A stretch of DNA of 64,000 nt. Source: an uncultured Candidatus Saccharibacteria bacterium (GTDB taxonomy: Bacteria > Patescibacteriota > Saccharimonadia > UBA4664 > CAYXHD01). The translations under genes and the position numbers were made by a program. Below are positions 49,189 through 58,597 of the stretch, one piece after another. The notes beneath the pieces were generated by a model, which was not told the origin of the DNA, did not search any database, and saw only the letters and a list, made by a program, of their open reading frames with translations. The number at the start of each line of letters is the position of its first letter. Position 1 is the stretch's first letter. The stretch is from the NCBI GenBank assembly GCA_964585425.1, contig CAZPDI010000001.1:4804-68803 (forward strand). The letters are read 5' to 3'.

Positions 49189-50709
49189 TTAGCTAAACAA
49201 ACTCGGTTGCGTGCCGGCAGTTCCCCTGGTTATTTCATCGAGCACTTCGTAAATGCGCACCATGGCCAAGGTATCGAGCGCACAATAGACCAGCAAATCA
49301 TCGAAAACCTTTTGCGCCTCATCGGCCGGCATGTCGCCAAACACCGCACGCATGTATGAACCTTGGGCATCACCACCATTTTGAATACCAAGTTCTTTAT
49401 AGCTTAAATCAGGTGCCAACACTGGTAGGACATTTTTAATACTGGCACTGCCCATAAAACGGGAGTCAACATAGAGCTGTTGCTGGAAGGGATCGATGAG
49501 ATCAACCACACGAGCATTTAGATCAAGCAAGAAGTCGGCGTGCTCCGGGAACATCTCGGCCATTTCGCTGTGGCGCCCGCATTCGAACGCTTTATACCAT
49601 ACGGCGATACTACCAGTAGGGCCAATATCGCGCTTGAGCTGCTCAATGAGTGGCGGCATGGGATTACTCTGCTCCGTCCATAAAAATTCGGTGTGACGCA
49701 ACTCTTGGCCCGGCGCATCAAGAATATGCAAACTGTACTGCATAGGAATTTGCTGATACGGCTTGGTGCCGTCGTATAGTGGCACCGCATCGGCCGCCGT
49801 TTCGTAATCTAAAAAGTAAATTGGGAATTGGATGGTTTGCATAAATTTAGCGATGGCTGGGGCGTCGATGCGCACCTCTCCACTCTTGGTGGTAGCGATT
49901 TGCATTTGCTGAGCCGGCGCCAGCGTACTAATAATCTCCGCGGGTACGTCTTGGATTTTAGTAACTCCGGCGGCCTCCAGCTGCTCAATAAGTTTTGGAT
50001 TCAACCGAGCGAGATTAAGGATGCTGTCAGTCGGCACTTCGCCTTTGAGTTTCTTGTAAATAGGCATCCAATCAAAATAGCCACCATAACTTGCCAGTCG
50101 CGGTGACAAGCTTGGACAATCCGGACTTAGAATCACGTCAAAGGCTTCTTGGACTTTAGCGTCCATGGCCAACATTGTATTATGTACGTCATCAGTCACA
50201 TCGGTGATGCTAGTGAGAGCCATAACATCGATATCACCATTCCGCACATACTGACCATTAACATGGACCACGGCAGTTTTGCGCACCCGATAGCCGCAAG
50301 CCTCTATGGTACGCTTTTGGAATGCCAGATCCCAGGTGTGATCCGGCTTGGCTTTGGTACTAACTTTAATTTCATAAATATCAAACTCATCACCGCCGAC
50401 GCGAACCATGACATCGGTTAAGCAAGCCGTGTTATCAGGCGCCGTGAATTTGGCCTGAAATAATGTTTGAGCGCCAGTCGCCAATAAACGCGCCGTGACT
50501 CGATCCTTTTCGAAGTAATCACCAGTGATGCGTTGACCATCACTAAACAGTTGCTCGGCAAGAGCTTCGAAGCGAAAGCCCATATCAAAAAGAGCTTGGG
50601 TATTAGCATCAATCGGCGGCAGCTTATTGGGCTCAAACTTTTTAAGCCACAACCAAGCCGGGTGTTTTAAAAATACCATAAAGTCAGATTTAGAAAGTTG
50701 ACGTGCCAT
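49189..50709 (-). CDS. DUF2779-like predicted nuclease (PD-(D/E)xK plus RNase-H-like exonuclease domains)
   Basis: DIYEIKVSTK (D..E.K motif). C-terminal FLDYETA...CALDTLAMVRIYEVL. Confidence 0.5.
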   Translation of the reverse strand: MARQLSKSDFMVFLKHPAWLWLKKFEPNKLPPIDANTQALFDMGFRFEALAEQLFSDGQRITGDYFEKDRVTARLLATGAQTLFQAKFTAPDNTACLTDVMVRVGGDEFDIYEIKVSTKAKPDHTWDLAFQKRTIEACGYRVRKTAVVHVNGQYVRNGDIDVMALTSITDVTDDVHNTMLAMDAKVQEAFDVILSPDCPSLSPRLASYGGYFDWMPIYKKLKGEVPTDSILNLARLNPKLIEQLEAAGVTKIQDVPAEIISTLAPAQQMQIATTKSGEVRIDAPAIAKFMQTIQFPIYFLDYETAADAVPLYDGTKPYQQIPMQYSLHILDAPGQELRHTEFLWTEQSNPMPPLIEQLKRDIGPTGSIAVWYKAFECGRHSEMAEMFPEHADFLLDLNARVVDLIDPFQQQLYVDSRFMGSASIKNVLPVLAPDLSYKELGIQNGGDAQGSYMRAVFGDMPADEAQKVFDDLLVYCALDTLAMVRIYEVLDEITRGTAGTQPSLFS

Positions 50710-50789
50710 GTTATTAGTATAGCAGTGGGAGCACCTAGGTTAAAAACAACTTTTCTGGTTATTGCGACTAATTCGCAGTAAGTAAAAAT

Positions 50790-51470
50790 CTACTTTTTTA
50801 GAGTCCTCTGGAACAAACGATGCCAGCGCCAAAACGCACCAATACCCTTAATGGTGGTAGCCGTATGATTACCAACATTGTAGCGATGCACCTTCATGCC
50901 AGGTAAAGCCGTAATAAGTAACTCGGTATTAGTAGGCGGAATAACAGTGTCTTTTTGTGAATAGATCAGATACACCGGACGCCCATCAAGCAACCCCATA
51001 TCTTTGAGCGGTTCGACCGGACTTAGCTCTTGTGAAAGCTGCGTGAAATCATAACCATTCTTTGTATATGCTGGTTTAAAAGATTTGCCGGCCGGGCTCT
51101 TCCAGATAAATCGCGCAATTGAACCACGAGCTGTCACTAAGGCGGCGGCTCGCAATTGTGGCGTATGCTTGAGCGCGTACAGTGCACTCTCGGAGCCTAA
51201 CGAGTTCCCCATCGTGTAGGACGGAATATCTTTTGGCAAGGTTGCAAGCGTAGCGGCGATATCGCGCTGAACAGCCTCAATCTGCCCAACGTAGGCCATA
51301 ATGTTAGAGGATACTACCGTTTGCGAATCCAGCACATAGGCATAGACTCGGTAGCCGAGCAGTCGCATCATCCAGTAGGCTGGCAGATAGGTGCCAATCC
51401 TCGTACGGTAGCCACCGATAAAAAAGATGACGCGACGCCTGGACAAACCAAACTGGCGCCGCTCAAACAT
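50790..51470 (-). CDS. Alpha/beta hydrolase
   Basis: GNSLG nucleophile elbow. Confidence 0.45.
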   Translation of the reverse strand: MFERRQFGLSRRRVIFFIGGYRTRIGTYLPAYWMMRLLGYRVYAYVLDSQTVVSSNIMAYVGQIEAVQRDIAATLATLPKDIPSYTMGNSLGSESALYALKHTPQLRAAALVTARGSIARFIWKSPAGKSFKPAYTKNGYDFTQLSQELSPVEPLKDMGLLDGRPVYLIYSQKDTVIPPTNTELLITALPGMKVHRYNVGNHTATTIKGIGAFWRWHRLFQRTLKK

Positions 51471-53113
51471 TAGTGACCGGCCATGGCTTTCTCATCTTTT
51501 TCGAGGTTCTGGACGTTGGGCAATTGTGTCGAGAGACCAAGGGCAATCAGCACAAATACCGACATCAAAGCAAGGGCCGTCTTGTTGGCATCAACAGTTG
51601 CCTGATGAGCAATAGTAACCATTTCTTTAGCAATTATCGGGTTGGTTTTACTGCTCTGCTTTTCGGTCCCAAACTGAATTTCGCCAGCATGACCAGCGAC
51701 AGCCTGAACTACAGCAGCTTTGGCTGGATCGGGAATGACCTTACTATCCTTAATACCGGTGGTGAGATTGGTAGCGATGCTGCTTAAAACTACAGCGCCA
51801 ATAATAGCCGAGCCCAGCGTTGAGCCGACATTACGCAGAGTATTATTAACACCCGAAGCTTCACCAGATTGCTGGACGCTCACGGCAGACAACGTGAGGT
51901 TAGAAATCATACCCATCACAAAGCCCATACCAATGCCATAGACGAAGAGCATGGGGGCCATGTCCATAACACCAACCGAAGGTGTCAAAGTAGCCCGCAA
52001 CCACAAGGTACTAGCGATACTAATCGCCAAACCAATCTGAATAATGCGCTTTGGCGTAAGTTTTTTACGTAATGCGATTGAACCAGGCGCGCCTAAGAAA
52101 ATACCCAGTGGTAAGGGCAAGAGAGCCAAGCCAGTATGGAAGGCATCCAAACCGAGAACACCCTGCAAGAAGACCGGCAGCGCAAAGAACAACCCGACTT
52201 GACCAAGCGAAAGTACCGAAACTACTACGCTACCACTCACAAACTGCTTGTTTTTAAACAAACTCATGCTCACTAACGGCGTCTTACCAATTTTTTCCTG
52301 ATGGAACTGCCAACGCACGAACAAGAACAGGACGAATAAACCAAAGGCAATAGCGAGCGGAACTGGCGATAATCCAAACGGTGTGGCGCTGTTACCAAAG
52401 ATCGCAAAGTTCTGCGTTGCCCTCCACCAGCCATAGGTACTGGTTTCGATAAAGCCATAGACCAACCAGAATAAACCGACGGCCGAAAGCAATACGCCAA
52501 GTATATCTAACTCGGCTTTTTCCTCGGTGTCGCGTGATTCTTTAACAAAGAGAACGGTACCCACAACTAATACGGCGGCGACAAAAATATTAATCAGGAA
52601 CGCCCAGCGCCAGGTGTAATTGGTGCCGAGCCAGCCCCCAAGGATTGGCCCAATGGCGGCACTGGCAGCAGCCATGCTCCCCCACACACCAAACGCAATG
52701 GCGCGATCTTTGCCTTTATAGGTAGCTACTAATAGCGAGGCGGTGGCTGGCATCATTAGGGCTGCACCAATACCCTCGATGATCGACTCGCCGGCTAGCA
52801 ACATCGGGAATCCATTGGCGGCTGCTGCCATGCCAGAACCAATGGCAAACAAAATTGCGCCCAGCATAAACATCTTTTTACGGCCGTAGAGATCGCCCAA
52901 ACGGCCACCAGTAATGGTAAAGGCTGCCAAGGTTAAAGAATATGCAGCGATTACCCACTGCAAGTTTTGAACCGTTGTATTAAGATCACTAATAATAGCC
53001 TTAATCGATACGTTCAAAATAGTGGTATCAATAATAATAATGGACAGCGCCAGCGCTAAGACGACAAGTGGTATCCACTTGCGCACGCCGGACATAATTC
53101 TACTTTTTGTCAT
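51470..53113 (-). CDS. MFS transporter, DHA2 (14-TM drug:H+ antiporter) family
   Basis: 547 aa, about 14 TM helices. GRLGDLYGRKKMF motif. Confidence 0.8.
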   Translation of the reverse strand: MTKSRIMSGVRKWIPLVVLALALSIIIIDTTILNVSIKAIISDLNTTVQNLQWVIAAYSLTLAAFTITGGRLGDLYGRKKMFMLGAILFAIGSGMAAAANGFPMLLAGESIIEGIGAALMMPATASLLVATYKGKDRAIAFGVWGSMAAASAAIGPILGGWLGTNYTWRWAFLINIFVAAVLVVGTVLFVKESRDTEEKAELDILGVLLSAVGLFWLVYGFIETSTYGWWRATQNFAIFGNSATPFGLSPVPLAIAFGLFVLFLFVRWQFHQEKIGKTPLVSMSLFKNKQFVSGSVVVSVLSLGQVGLFFALPVFLQGVLGLDAFHTGLALLPLPLGIFLGAPGSIALRKKLTPKRIIQIGLAISIASTLWLRATLTPSVGVMDMAPMLFVYGIGMGFVMGMISNLTLSAVSVQQSGEASGVNNTLRNVGSTLGSAIIGAVVLSSIATNLTTGIKDSKVIPDPAKAAVVQAVAGHAGEIQFGTEKQSSKTNPIIAKEMVTIAHQATVDANKTALALMSVFVLIALGLSTQLPNVQNLEKDEKAMAGH

Positions 53114-53136
53114 AAAACTACCTCGTTTTATTTACG

Positions 53137-53586
53137 TTATTTACAGTCTTTGTCGGCGCCACAACTGTGAGCCAACTTTTTGAGCAGCACCAAGAGCTCG
53201 GTAATGTCTTGGTCACTTAAACCGGCCAGTAACTCTACAATGTGACCGTGTGCAGCCAATCGCAAACCCTCGACCTTCTTTTTACCGGCTACCGTTAAAC
53301 GCACATCGACGACTCGACGGTCCTCGGTTGAAGCCTCACGACTCACAAGCTCCATTTGTACCAAACCTTCGGTTAGCTGGGTAGCGGCACTGCTGCTAAT
53401 ACCCAACAGCTCGGCCATCAGCTTAATGGTAGCTGACTCGCGGCAACTCAAAAGATGCAGGGCTTCGGCTTGAGGGCGGCTCAAGCCTTGCGACGCTGCC
53501 GAGCTAGCCTTAATCGGCAGCACCTGGCGTTGCACCATGGCCATGACTTGCATGTATTCTTTTACGAGTTCTTCGCGCTTGGTCAT
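53137..53586 (-). CDS. MarR-family transcriptional regulator
   Basis: Winged HTH. Directly upstream of the MFS pump. Confidence 0.75.
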   Translation of the reverse strand: MTKREELVKEYMQVMAMVQRQVLPIKASSAASQGLSRPQAEALHLLSCRESATIKLMAELLGISSSAATQLTEGLVQMELVSREASTEDRRVVDVRLTVAGKKKVEGLRLAAHGHIVELLAGLSDQDITELLVLLKKLAHSCGADKDCK

Positions 53587-53646
53587 GTAATTATGTTAGT
53601 TTCTTAATTAATTACTGTCAAGCGCATGAGGGTGCAAAACGCCCTA

Positions 53647-54582
53647 TTATTTAGTAAAGTAGGTGGTCTTTACCAGGGTATAGACTTTTGATCCCAGCGG
53701 GATAAGCAACAATACGATGCCGAGCCCAAGCAAGTAATAGGTTTGGCTGTTAAAGGTGGCAATGAAGGCGTTGTAGACATTTTCTACGACGATACGCAAG
53801 TTCTGCTGGTTGACCTGAGCCAATACTGGCGGCTTAAACAATGGACCGACCAAGAGTGCCAGCAAGCCTGCGGTTGAGACAGCGATACCCTGCCCGACCA
53901 GTAACTTGTTAGTTGGATAGCGTTTTTTCACATGTGGCCAGACCAGCAAGAAGAGCGCCAACAGGAAGGCTAATGGTGCTACAAAGGTCAGCACTACACC
54001 AGCCTGATAGAATGATGGGATCTTATCGATATTTTTAAAGATAGTAATAGTGTCAGGTACTTGATCAACCTTAACTACCGCTTCATCCTTATTAGCCAAG
54101 GTCAGCAACTTGGTAATGGTGGTTTTGATACCGCTTAGATCATAGGTGATTGGCTCTGGTCGCTTAGAGGTAAACAAGATCTGCACTTTACCCACTACGG
54201 CATTCAGAGCATTCTGCGCTTGCTGAGTATTAAGCAATCCAGCAATAAAGTTGGTGGCTGGCTCGGCCACTACGGCACGAGCGGCTGGCTGGCTTTGCAA
54301 AGCGGTATCGACAATTTCGCCAGCTAGCGCATTACGGCTGCTTTGCGAGAGTAGTGCTTGACTGGTTACCGTAGTAAACTCCTTGGTATCAAACATCGTA
54401 CGGTTCACCCAAATAGCTGAGTTCGCCACTACTAAAAGCAGCGCAGCCAAGATGGTACTTAGAATAAAATTACGCTTCTTATGTGATTTCTTAGTTGGCG
54501 CAGCAACCGTCTGGCTGGCAACGGACTGAGTTTTTTTCTTTACAGGTGTTTTTGTTGTCTTCTTAGGTGCGGTCCTTGCCAT
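53647..54582 (-). CDS. Membrane hypothetical protein
   Basis: N-terminal K/T-rich region, then two or three TM segments. Confidence 0.4.
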   Translation of the reverse strand: MARTAPKKTTKTPVKKKTQSVASQTVAAPTKKSHKKRNFILSTILAALLLVVANSAIWVNRTMFDTKEFTTVTSQALLSQSSRNALAGEIVDTALQSQPAARAVVAEPATNFIAGLLNTQQAQNALNAVVGKVQILFTSKRPEPITYDLSGIKTTITKLLTLANKDEAVVKVDQVPDTITIFKNIDKIPSFYQAGVVLTFVAPLAFLLALFLLVWPHVKKRYPTNKLLVGQGIAVSTAGLLALLVGPLFKPPVLAQVNQQNLRIVVENVYNAFIATFNSQTYYLLGLGIVLLLIPLGSKVYTLVKTTYFTK

Positions 54583-54641
54583 AACAAATCCTTTTCTTGC
54601 TTTATAGCGCTATTATACATCTATTTTCATAAATTGCGAGC

Positions 54642-54673
54642 TGGCGCCGAGCGAGTCTTCCCGCCCGGCGCCA
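54642..54673 (-). terminator. Hairpin downstream of pyrC, followed by GCTCGCAATTTATGAA
   Basis: TGGCGCCG ... CGGCGCCA inverted repeat. The TTCATAAATTGCGAGC motif recurs at 55855-55870. Confidence 0.45.
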
Positions 54674-54688
54674 ATCTCATGCTGCTGG

Positions 54689-55771
54689 CTACCCTGTCCA
54701 GCGCTGACGCTGCAGATCCTCTACCTGCCAACGCAACGTTTGTCCCGCCCGGAATGGCACCACCCCGCCGATCTCTTCAGGCACAGCCCAGGGGATCCTC
54801 GACAACAACACATAATTGTCGTCTTGTGGGGGCTCGACGCCGTAGAACTTGCAACCAGCAATGGAGACAAACTGCTCCAGCCTCTCCGGCCAGTCCTCCA
54901 GACCACTGTCCTCGAACAGTTCCGCCAGCACCGGCAGAGCAACTGGTCCGGAATACACGCCGTTGTTAGGCTTTGCCTTCAGCTTGTCCTCGATTCGATG
55001 AGGCGCCGAGTCGCTACCGAAGAAGATCTTGGGCGGATCACCCGGCTTGACACTGAGCATCGCAGCCAAGATGGCTTGACGATCTTCCTCGGTCTTGGCT
55101 CGCGGCAAACAGGCATGATGCGGCTGATCGATGACACCATCGTGCTCAACGTCATTAATGGTCAAGCATGGATGATGAGCCGTGATGGTGGCAGCGACGT
55201 TGGCCGGCAGCTCCATGATGAGGTTGATGGCATCGGCAGAAGAGACGTGCTCGAAGACGATTCGCAGACCCGGGAATGCCTCATGCACCTCCATGAACAG
55301 CTCGAGGAACATCTGCTCAGCATGAGCGAGATCGTCGGTTGAGACTTCGCCGTGCACGTTAAGCACGACATCAAGCTCCTGCATCACTTCAAATACTGGC
55401 CACCCGTCGTGGATATCCCGCAAACCAAAACCCGAATGAGTCGTGGTGTTGTACGGATAATACTTGACCGAACAGAATCCGTTGCGACGTTCGTACATCA
55501 GACGGATGATCGCTTCATCAGTGTCTGGCGTGAGGTACAAGGTCGGCCACAAGTTCACCATGTTCAGGCCTTTCAGCCCTGCCTGCACCTCTTGCAGATA
55601 GTGGAACGCATGCATAGCGTCACTTACTGGCACCGGGTTGAGGTTTGGCATGAGCAAGGCGTAATGGAGATGACCAATGCTGGGACGAACAACATCTTTC
55701 AGCAGACGTCCTTGACGAACATGAACGTGCCAATCGCTCGGACGACGCATCTTGAGTGCCAAGTAGGGCAT
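54689..55771 (-). CDS. pyrC: Dihydroorotase, type II (E. coli-like homodimeric form)
   Basis: LKMRRPSDWHVHVRQG, LMPNLNPVPV, KYYPYNTTTHSGFG, VHGEV, RIVFEHVSS, AATITAHH, FFGSDSAPH, VVPFRAGQTLRWQV all align with E. coli PyrC. High GC. Confidence 0.85.
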   Translation of the reverse strand: MPYLALKMRRPSDWHVHVRQGRLLKDVVRPSIGHLHYALLMPNLNPVPVSDAMHAFHYLQEVQAGLKGLNMVNLWPTLYLTPDTDEAIIRLMYERRNGFCSVKYYPYNTTTHSGFGLRDIHDGWPVFEVMQELDVVLNVHGEVSTDDLAHAEQMFLELFMEVHEAFPGLRIVFEHVSSADAINLIMELPANVAATITAHHPCLTINDVEHDGVIDQPHHACLPRAKTEEDRQAILAAMLSVKPGDPPKIFFGSDSAPHRIEDKLKAKPNNGVYSGPVALPVLAELFEDSGLEDWPERLEQFVSIAGCKFYGVEPPQDDNYVLLSRIPWAVPEEIGGVVPFRAGQTLRWQVEDLQRQRWTG

Positions 55772-55807
55772 GGTGAGTCCTTTCGGGACGTTGTGAGTGA
55801 ACGAACA

Positions 55808-55827
55808 AAGGTGTGCCTAAGCACACC
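55808..55827. promoter_or_regulatory. Perfect palindrome AGGTGTGC-CTAA-GCACACCT in the pyrC leader
   Basis: 8-bp arms. Lies between the pyrC start and the pyrE terminator. Confidence 0.3.
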
Positions 55828-55871
55828 TCCATAACCATTACTATACACTATTATTCATAAATTGCGAGCGT

Positions 55872-55901
55872 CTGGGCCAGGGGAACTCTCCCCCGGCCCA
55901 G
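55872..55901 (-). terminator. Hairpin downstream of pyrE, preceded on the plus strand by TTCATAAATTGCGAGC
   Basis: CTGGGCCAGGGG ... CCCCGGCCCAG inverted repeat. Confidence 0.45.
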
Positions 55902-55923
55902 CGCGAACCGTTGAATACGGGGC

Positions 55924-56583
55924 TCAGGCTGCGAGTAACTGGACCCAGCCACCCTCGTACTGCGGGTTGACCTCATCGCGGTAGTGGGCACCGTGACCCA
56001 GCGCACCATCGACAACAATGGGCTTGCCAGCTTCACAGAGCGGACAAGCTTCGGCGTCGTAGGACGCGAAGTCCACGTGCGTCAGCTGCTCCAACCGGGG
56101 AACTCCGATGGCGTCAGCCTCCACACCGCCTCGGTTGCAGACGGCACTGATGCCGATCACCTCACCACCACAGGCTTCGATGGCCGCGCAGGTGCCCTGA
56201 ACCGAACTGCCAGTGGTCAGCAGATCCTCGATCACGAGAACGCGTTTGTTCTGCAGGTGCTGCGGGAAGCTCAGGCGATCGACCACGAAGTTGTTGCCCT
56301 CCTTGTCGGCCCACAGGCCAGGCACACGAAGACCCTTCTTGTGCAGTAGCCAGTTCGAGGCAGTGCTGGTGAGCGCCACGCCACCGGTTGCCGGTGATGC
56401 GACAACATCGAAACCGCCGTCGAATGGTCTGAGGAGATCCGAGACGATCTGGCTGAGCATCACTGGATCAGCGAAGATCGGGTCCATGCAGATGTAGCCC
56501 TCACCGTGTCCACCCTTCTTGTACACGAAGTGGTTGTCGAGAAAGACGGCTCCGACCTTCTGGAGGTACTCGAGAATGTCCAT
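55924..56583 (-). CDS. pyrE: Orotate phosphoribosyltransferase
   Basis: Start taken at MDILEY (TAGGAACG RBS). PRPP-binding motif VLVIEDLLTTGSS. High GC. Confidence 0.7.
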   Translation of the reverse strand: MDILEYLQKVGAVFLDNHFVYKKGGHGEGYICMDPIFADPVMLSQIVSDLLRPFDGGFDVVASPATGGVALTSTASNWLLHKKGLRVPGLWADKEGNNFVVDRLSFPQHLQNKRVLVIEDLLTTGSSVQGTCAAIEACGGEVIGISAVCNRGGVEADAIGVPRLEQLTHVDFASYDAEACPLCEAGKPIVVDGALGHGAHYRDEVNPQYEGGWVQLLAA

Positions 56584-56666
56584 GTGCGTTCCTAACGTGA
56601 GACGAATGCGCCAACTGGTCACATCCGAATTATTATCCTATTCATAAAAGTTATTTACAAGCATAA

Positions 56667-56734
56667 GTGTGTCGCCGGACGGGTGGGCAAAAAGTTTACA
56701 GTCCGAAGACCTTCTTCCTCCTCGCCCACCCGTC
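56667..56734 (-). terminator. Long-loop hairpin downstream of pyrF
   Basis: GGACGGGTGGGC ... GCCCACCCGTCC 12-bp arms. Confidence 0.35.
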
Positions 56735-56742
56735 CGAGCATG

Positions 56743-57675
56743 TCAGGCCGCCAGGCGAACTCGCTCGATGGTCTCGTGCATGTTGGAGGCCTCAGCTTCC
56801 GACGCCTCAGCCGGAGCCAGACCCTCGTACTGCTGGTTGTCGTGAGCATGGGTGATGCCGCTCGAGGAGTTGATGGCGATGCCAGCCTGCTGGCTGTTGT
56901 GTCCGTTCTGGTAGGCGGCTGCAGCGTCACCGCCCTGCTTGTTTCCTACCCCAGGGATCAGGATCGGAACCTGCTCGCCAACACAACGACGAACGTTGGC
57001 AAGGTCGTCGATGGACTCGGGACTTGCGCCGGCCACCACACCGACGTTGCCTCGCTTGTTCCAGCCCTCCAGGCTGGCGACGTTCTGTGCGACTCGCTCG
57101 TACAGGAAGCCCTCCATAGTCACGCCCATGAGGGTTGACGAGCAGGTATCAAGCTTCTGGAACTCCTCGGCGCCAGGGTTGGATGTACGAGTCAGTACGA
57201 AGACCCCCTTGTCGCCACGGTCCAGCCACGGGGCCATGGCCTGTGCACCCATGTAGTTGTGGACGGTGACTGCATCAGCTCCGCAGACGTCGTAGGCGAA
57301 CGAGGCGTAGGTGTCATTGGTCGCTCCGATGTCGCCGGCCTTGAGGTCAAGGATCTTGACGACATCTGGCGCGTGGGTACGCATGTGCTTGAAGAGCAAC
57401 TCCAATGCCTGGATGCCTTCATGGCCATGCTTGAGGTAGAACCCCAAGTTGGGTTTCATCCAGCCGACTTTGCCGGCCAGGGCCTCGACGATCGGGAACA
57501 AGAAGGTGGTGAGCGTACCGCAGATGCTGGCCCGCTGGAAGCCCTCCGGGATGCGTGTGATCACCGGATCATCCTCGCGATAGGTGCTCTTGAGCGTTGG
57601 GTCGAGACCGGCGCAGACTGCACGGTGCTGCCCGGCGTTCAAGGCCACGAGCTCCGAAAAGCTGAGGTCGGACAT
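56743..57675 (-). CDS. pyrF: Orotidine-5'-phosphate decarboxylase, type 2 (long form)
   Basis: Start taken at MSDLSF after GGAGAGGAG. VCAGLDP and DLKAGDIGATN (type-2 D.K.GDIG.T motif). High GC. Confidence 0.7.
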   Translation of the reverse strand: MSDLSFSELVALNAGQHRAVCAGLDPTLKSTYREDDPVITRIPEGFQRASICGTLTTFLFPIVEALAGKVGWMKPNLGFYLKHGHEGIQALELLFKHMRTHAPDVVKILDLKAGDIGATNDTYASFAYDVCGADAVTVHNYMGAQAMAPWLDRGDKGVFVLTRTSNPGAEEFQKLDTCSSTLMGVTMEGFLYERVAQNVASLEGWNKRGNVGVVAGASPESIDDLANVRRCVGEQVPILIPGVGNKQGGDAAAAYQNGHNSQQAGIAINSSSGITHAHDNQQYEGLAPAEASEAEASNMHETIERVRLAA

Positions 57676-57778
57676 GTCAGACTCCTCTCCCATCTGACGA
57701 TGAGATAGATTCGTGCGACCGAATTAGCCACATCCATATTAGTATGGTTTCTGGGACGCTTAAGAGCAAGCGTAAGAG

Positions 57779-58597
57779 TTATTTACTGCGCAACCGTGCG
57801 ATGACAAAGCGAGCGAGGAAGTAAATGAGGAAGCTAAGGAATGTTACAAAAACACTTGGCTTAATAGTTCCGCTGGCTAAGCTCAGGAGTACACCCCCAG
57901 CTCCGGCAACGAAGGCAAAGCCAACGGAAAGACTAGCGACCATGGCGGGTCTGGCCGATAAACGCATAGCGGCAGCGGCTGGTGTAATGGCTAAACTTAA
58001 GACGAGTAGGGTGCCGACGATTTGGGCCGCGGCAGTTACGGTCAGCGCCAAGAGGATCAAGAACGCTATACCAAGCGCACGAACTGGCACGCCACGAGCA
58101 GCGGCGACCTGCGGGTCAATCGAAGCAAACTGTAATGGTCGATACATAATAATGAGGCCCACGATGACGAGCACACAAATTCCTATTAAGAATCCGAGTT
58201 GCGTGGCACTTACGCCATATACATTACCAAAGAGGATGTTGGTCGCCGCGGTGGCGAAGCCACGATAATAACTCAGGAACAACACGCCAAGCCCAAGCCC
58301 AAAGGCCAAGATGACGCCAATGGATGAATCACGTTCTTTTTCACGCACGCCAAGTAAACCGATTGATACGGCGACGATAAGTGCGCCAATAATTGAGCCA
58401 AGCGGCGCATTATTGAGGAACAATAGTCCGGCGGCCGCACCAGTAAAGGCCAGTTCGCTAATGCCATGCACCGCAAACGCCATGCTGCGACGAATCACAA
58501 AAGGGCCCACCAGACCACAAATCATGGCAATGATGGTTGCCGCCAATAAAGCGTGTTGCGCAAAGGGCTGACCTAAATAGAATAGGAAGTTATTCAT
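57779..58597 (-). CDS. Metal (Zn/Mn) ABC transporter permease (ABC-3 / ZnuB-TroCD family)
   Basis: Start taken at MNNFLF, which overlaps the ATPase stop. About 8 TM helices. Confidence 0.7.
   Translation of the reverse strand: MNNFLFYLGQPFAQHALLAATIIAMICGLVGPFVIRRSMAFAVHGISELAFTGAAAGLLFLNNAPLGSIIGALIVAVSIGLLGVREKERDSSIGVILAFGLGLGVLFLSYYRGFATAATNILFGNVYGVSATQLGFLIGICVLVIVGLIIMYRPLQFASIDPQVAAARGVPVRALGIAFLILLALTVTAAAQIVGTLLVLSLAITPAAAAMRLSARPAMVASLSVGFAFVAGAGGVLLSLASGTIKPSVFVTFLSFLIYFLARFVIARLRSK

Noticed and set aside
54740-55342. 200-aa plus-strand ORF antisense to pyrC. Antisense ORFs inside uvrA, uvrB, typA and pyrF are similar.
   Set aside because: The opposite-strand frames carry clear family motifs (PyrC, UvrA and others). 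The antisense ORFs have no homology and arise from GC bias.
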